Assembly (NCBI RefSeq): GCF_018977255.1
Contig: NW_024704742.1
Span: 71,798,001 to 71,862,000, forward strand
Direction: 5' to 3'
DNA: 64,000 bases
Source of the DNA: Callorhinchus milii
Taxonomy: Eukaryota
Below are positions 60,966 through 64,000 of the stretch, piece by piece (the stretch's first letter is position 1; every line of letters starts with the position of its first letter). The position numbers were made by a program, and so were the translations under genes. The notes beneath the pieces are model-generated. The model was given only the letters and a program-made list of their open reading frames with translations, did no database searches and was not told the origin of the DNA.

Positions 60966-63900
60966 ATTATCAATGATGGCGTCAAGCTATCATTGACAAG
61001 CATCTTGGGATTTCCACCTGATGTGAAAGGCGCTGTGTAAAATGTAAATTGTATTGTTGTGAAATTAACAATGTGGAGTCCCATTGACATATCGCTTAGC
61101 TCGCTCGCCTCTCGAGTCCCCACACCCCAAAAGTACTTTGGTCACCAAATCCACAATAGTTTATGGGGCACTGCTTTGCATAATTAGCTAATGCGCTTTG
61201 CCCACAAAATATACAGTCAATGCACTTTTCAACATATTCTGTGAAGCGCTTTGAGATGTCTCAATGACATGTTATGGTGCTATATCAAATGCAAGGATTA
61301 TTGTTATTAACATTTTAGAATTGGCCCAAAATAGATGCCAGTATTTCTGGTCAGTGTTTTATTAGCTCTGGTTCTCAGCTTGTCTCCCCCTTTCCTGTGA
61401 TGGGAAATCACTTGCTCTCAGTTTGGACATGAAGTCCTGTATAGAAACAGATTATTACAATAATAAATCCTTGCACTTAATACAGTGTTGTGTCAGGAGG
61501 ATATTTATGGATTCATTGTAAAGTGCAGTGACTGTATTTTATAGGTGAACGCGTGAGTCAATTTGCACACAGCAACATCCCACAAACAGCCATGAAGTGA
61601 ATAATCAATTTTATCTGGGGATTGTCGGCCAGGACACCGGGAGAGAGAAACTCCCTTCTCTTTTCCAATAGCACCGCGGGATCTTTTAACATCCACCTGA
61701 AGGGAACAGGTGGGGAACTCGGTTTAACGTCTCATCTCTTCTTTCTCATGTTTGTAATTTTGTTGGATGTCTGGAACAGGTCATACACTAGATTGCACTG
61801 AATTGTAAACTATTCTAATCATGCCTTTGGTCATCTTTGGCCTCCCCACCCACCTCAGCTCCCACCACCAGCTCAGGTGCCCAGTCAGGATTGTTAAGCA
61901 CCATAGAACATCCTCCTGACGTGGAAGTCACTGTATAAGTGTAAATTTGTATTGTATGGTAATGGTATTGCATGGCTCATTCCAAGAGTTGAATGGATAG
62001 TGTCCCACCTATTGCCCAGCCTCAGCAAAAGATCCATCCTGACCCCCTGGATGGATTCCAGTGTGAAAGTTTAATGTCTGACCTGCTCAGACCCAATTCT
62101 CTCCAAAGATGAACTTCATATAAAGCTCATACACGCTGCAGCTTGCACAGTCCGCAGTCATTGACATATGAGCTTTGGTTTGGTTCAGTCAGCTCAGCTG
62201 AAGTGATTTGGCAGTGCAGCCCAGCATCCTGTTTGCCTTGTTTGTTGTTGCCTCACACTGTTTGGACATGCTGAGAGACAAGTCAGCTCACACTCCTGGG
62301 TCTCTCTCAACTTCCCCCCTTGGCACGTTCTTTGTCTCCCGTCCATGGGGTAGAATAGGATAGGTTCCAGGGAACGTAACCTGAGCTGCAGGCTTTCACA
62401 CTGCCCATGCTGCTCATCCGAGTGAGTGAGCGAGCAAAGGAGCAGTGCATTTTAAGTGCAGGAGAGGTGGGGGGGCCGGGGTGCCTTTGTGACTTATCTG
62501 ATCTCTTGACATTATTCCAATTGTCTTGACCCATTCACACCACCGGCTGCTGCCACCCTTCAGCTGCGGGTCCTGTGAGCCATCCCTGGGGCTGTGACTG
62601 CTGACCTCGTGGTTTCCTTTTATTGTGTTTGGATGTCATCAACCTGATTCAGCCGCCGGGCAGGTCAACAGTGGGAAGGCAGCTATCTACCTGGGGTGGG
62701 GGCAGGCAAAGAGCTTTCTGGGGTCCGTCTCTCTGTGCCTTCTCTTGAACTATTTCTTAACCCCCCCCTCCCCTTTCTCATTCCCCTCTCTCACTATTTC
62801 TTCTGTATTTGCCCATTTCTCTATTTACTCTATTTATCTGTTTACCTAGCAGTAAGTAGGAGCCCGGTTGTTAGTCGATTGGTGAATCGCTTTCCGTGGC
62901 TAATAAACCTTCCAACAAAAACATTTTTTCAATTTATGAAAATTAATTATCAATTTATGACTGTTTGTAGGATACTGCTGTGCACAATTAACTGCCGCAT
63001 TTCACCCACAAAAACAGTCAATTCATTTTACAATATATTCTGTGAAACGCTTTGAGATGTCTCAACAACATGATAAGGCGCTATATCAAATATATTATAG
63101 TTATTTTGATATTATTATGTCTCCCCCCTTGTTCTTTCTCTCCTCTAACTTCTCTCTCCTTTTTCATTTTCTTTCTATTTCTTTCACTTCCCCTATTTCT
63201 CATCTCTCTTCTTTCTATTCTCTCTCTCACTCTATCAAAGCTTTGTTCCAGGTTTATAGCAGTCTCCAATTTACGGTAATTCTTAATAAGAAATTTGTAA
63301 CTATTGAATTACACCAAACGTATTTAAAAAAAATTGTTTAGGATTTTTTTCATTACACAATTTCTTATTAAGAAATCAGTTAAGAAATACTGCAAACTAG
63401 ACCTCCTGAACTCTCATCAGGACATCCATCCGGCTGGCTTGTTGATTAGCATCCCTGATGCTAATTTGTCAATTTCCTTCATTAATGTGTGATGAGTGGA
63501 ATATTAGGACAGCTTTAATTGGGGCAGGTATGAGGGCAAATCTTTACTAAATGATCTGAAGGGTTAAATGTTGAATTAAGTGGCCCATAATGTTCTCTTT
63601 GAATGAGTGTTGTGTCCTGCGGATGGAACAATGGCAAGGCTGGACTTGATAATTACCTCCCACCAGGAGTTGTGCCCCTCACTGGCTGTTCCCATCTTCT
63701 CACACTTACACATGAAAATTGCTGCTTGCTATTTCAGAACTGCTTGATCTGACATGTCCTGCTCGTCCTGGTCTTGGGCTGAGCGGAGCCACTCTCCTGG
63801 CCAGTGCAGTGTCCCGGGTGGGGGGGGGGACTTTTTCCAGGAAACAACAACAACTTGCATTTATTTTGAGTCCTCGCGCAGGGTGGTGTCCCAGAGAGCT

Positions 63901-64000
63901 TGAAAGTAACGGTGCATGACCCCGAGGAGGGTGGAGGTGACTGTAGGCATGGATAAAGAGGAAAGTCTTCAGGCAAAAAACAACCAAAAATTGGTGACTT

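Overview
Repeat-rich vertebrate genomic DNA, not prokaryotic. A cartilaginous fish, possibly a chimaera, is inferred from Deu-domain tRNA-derived SINEs and abundant L2/CR1 LINEs. Three protein-coding genes are recognisable from translation and consistent splice phases: SPR (sepiapterin reductase; exon 1 only, minus strand, 4154-4454), RAB11FIP5 (plus strand; five coding exons in 23886-35812, including a 2406-nt in-frame cassette exon; the first, C2-domain exon is not visible and a 25-N gap lies at 11821-11845) and SFXN5 (plus strand; exons 1-3 at 42914, 53102 and 60312, with a CpG-island promoter carrying ZNF143/NRF1/CCAAT motifs). The rest is mostly transposon-derived: degraded and near-full-length L2 LINEs, CR1 fragments, two DeuSINE families with L2-type tails, two probable solo LTRs, a hAT-like end, a recurrent unclassified repeat family, and many mini/microsatellites. 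Most ORFs in the track are LINE remnants or low-complexity artefacts. I cannot support a wholly new multi-gene system. The best leads are the RAB11FIP5 cassette exon (NPF cluster plus a coding minisatellite of ETS sites), a candidate internal promoter giving a C2-less isoform, an orphan minus-strand exon, the unclassified repeat family, and several unusual nested insertions. Gene and repeat names come from recalled homology; no database searches were run.
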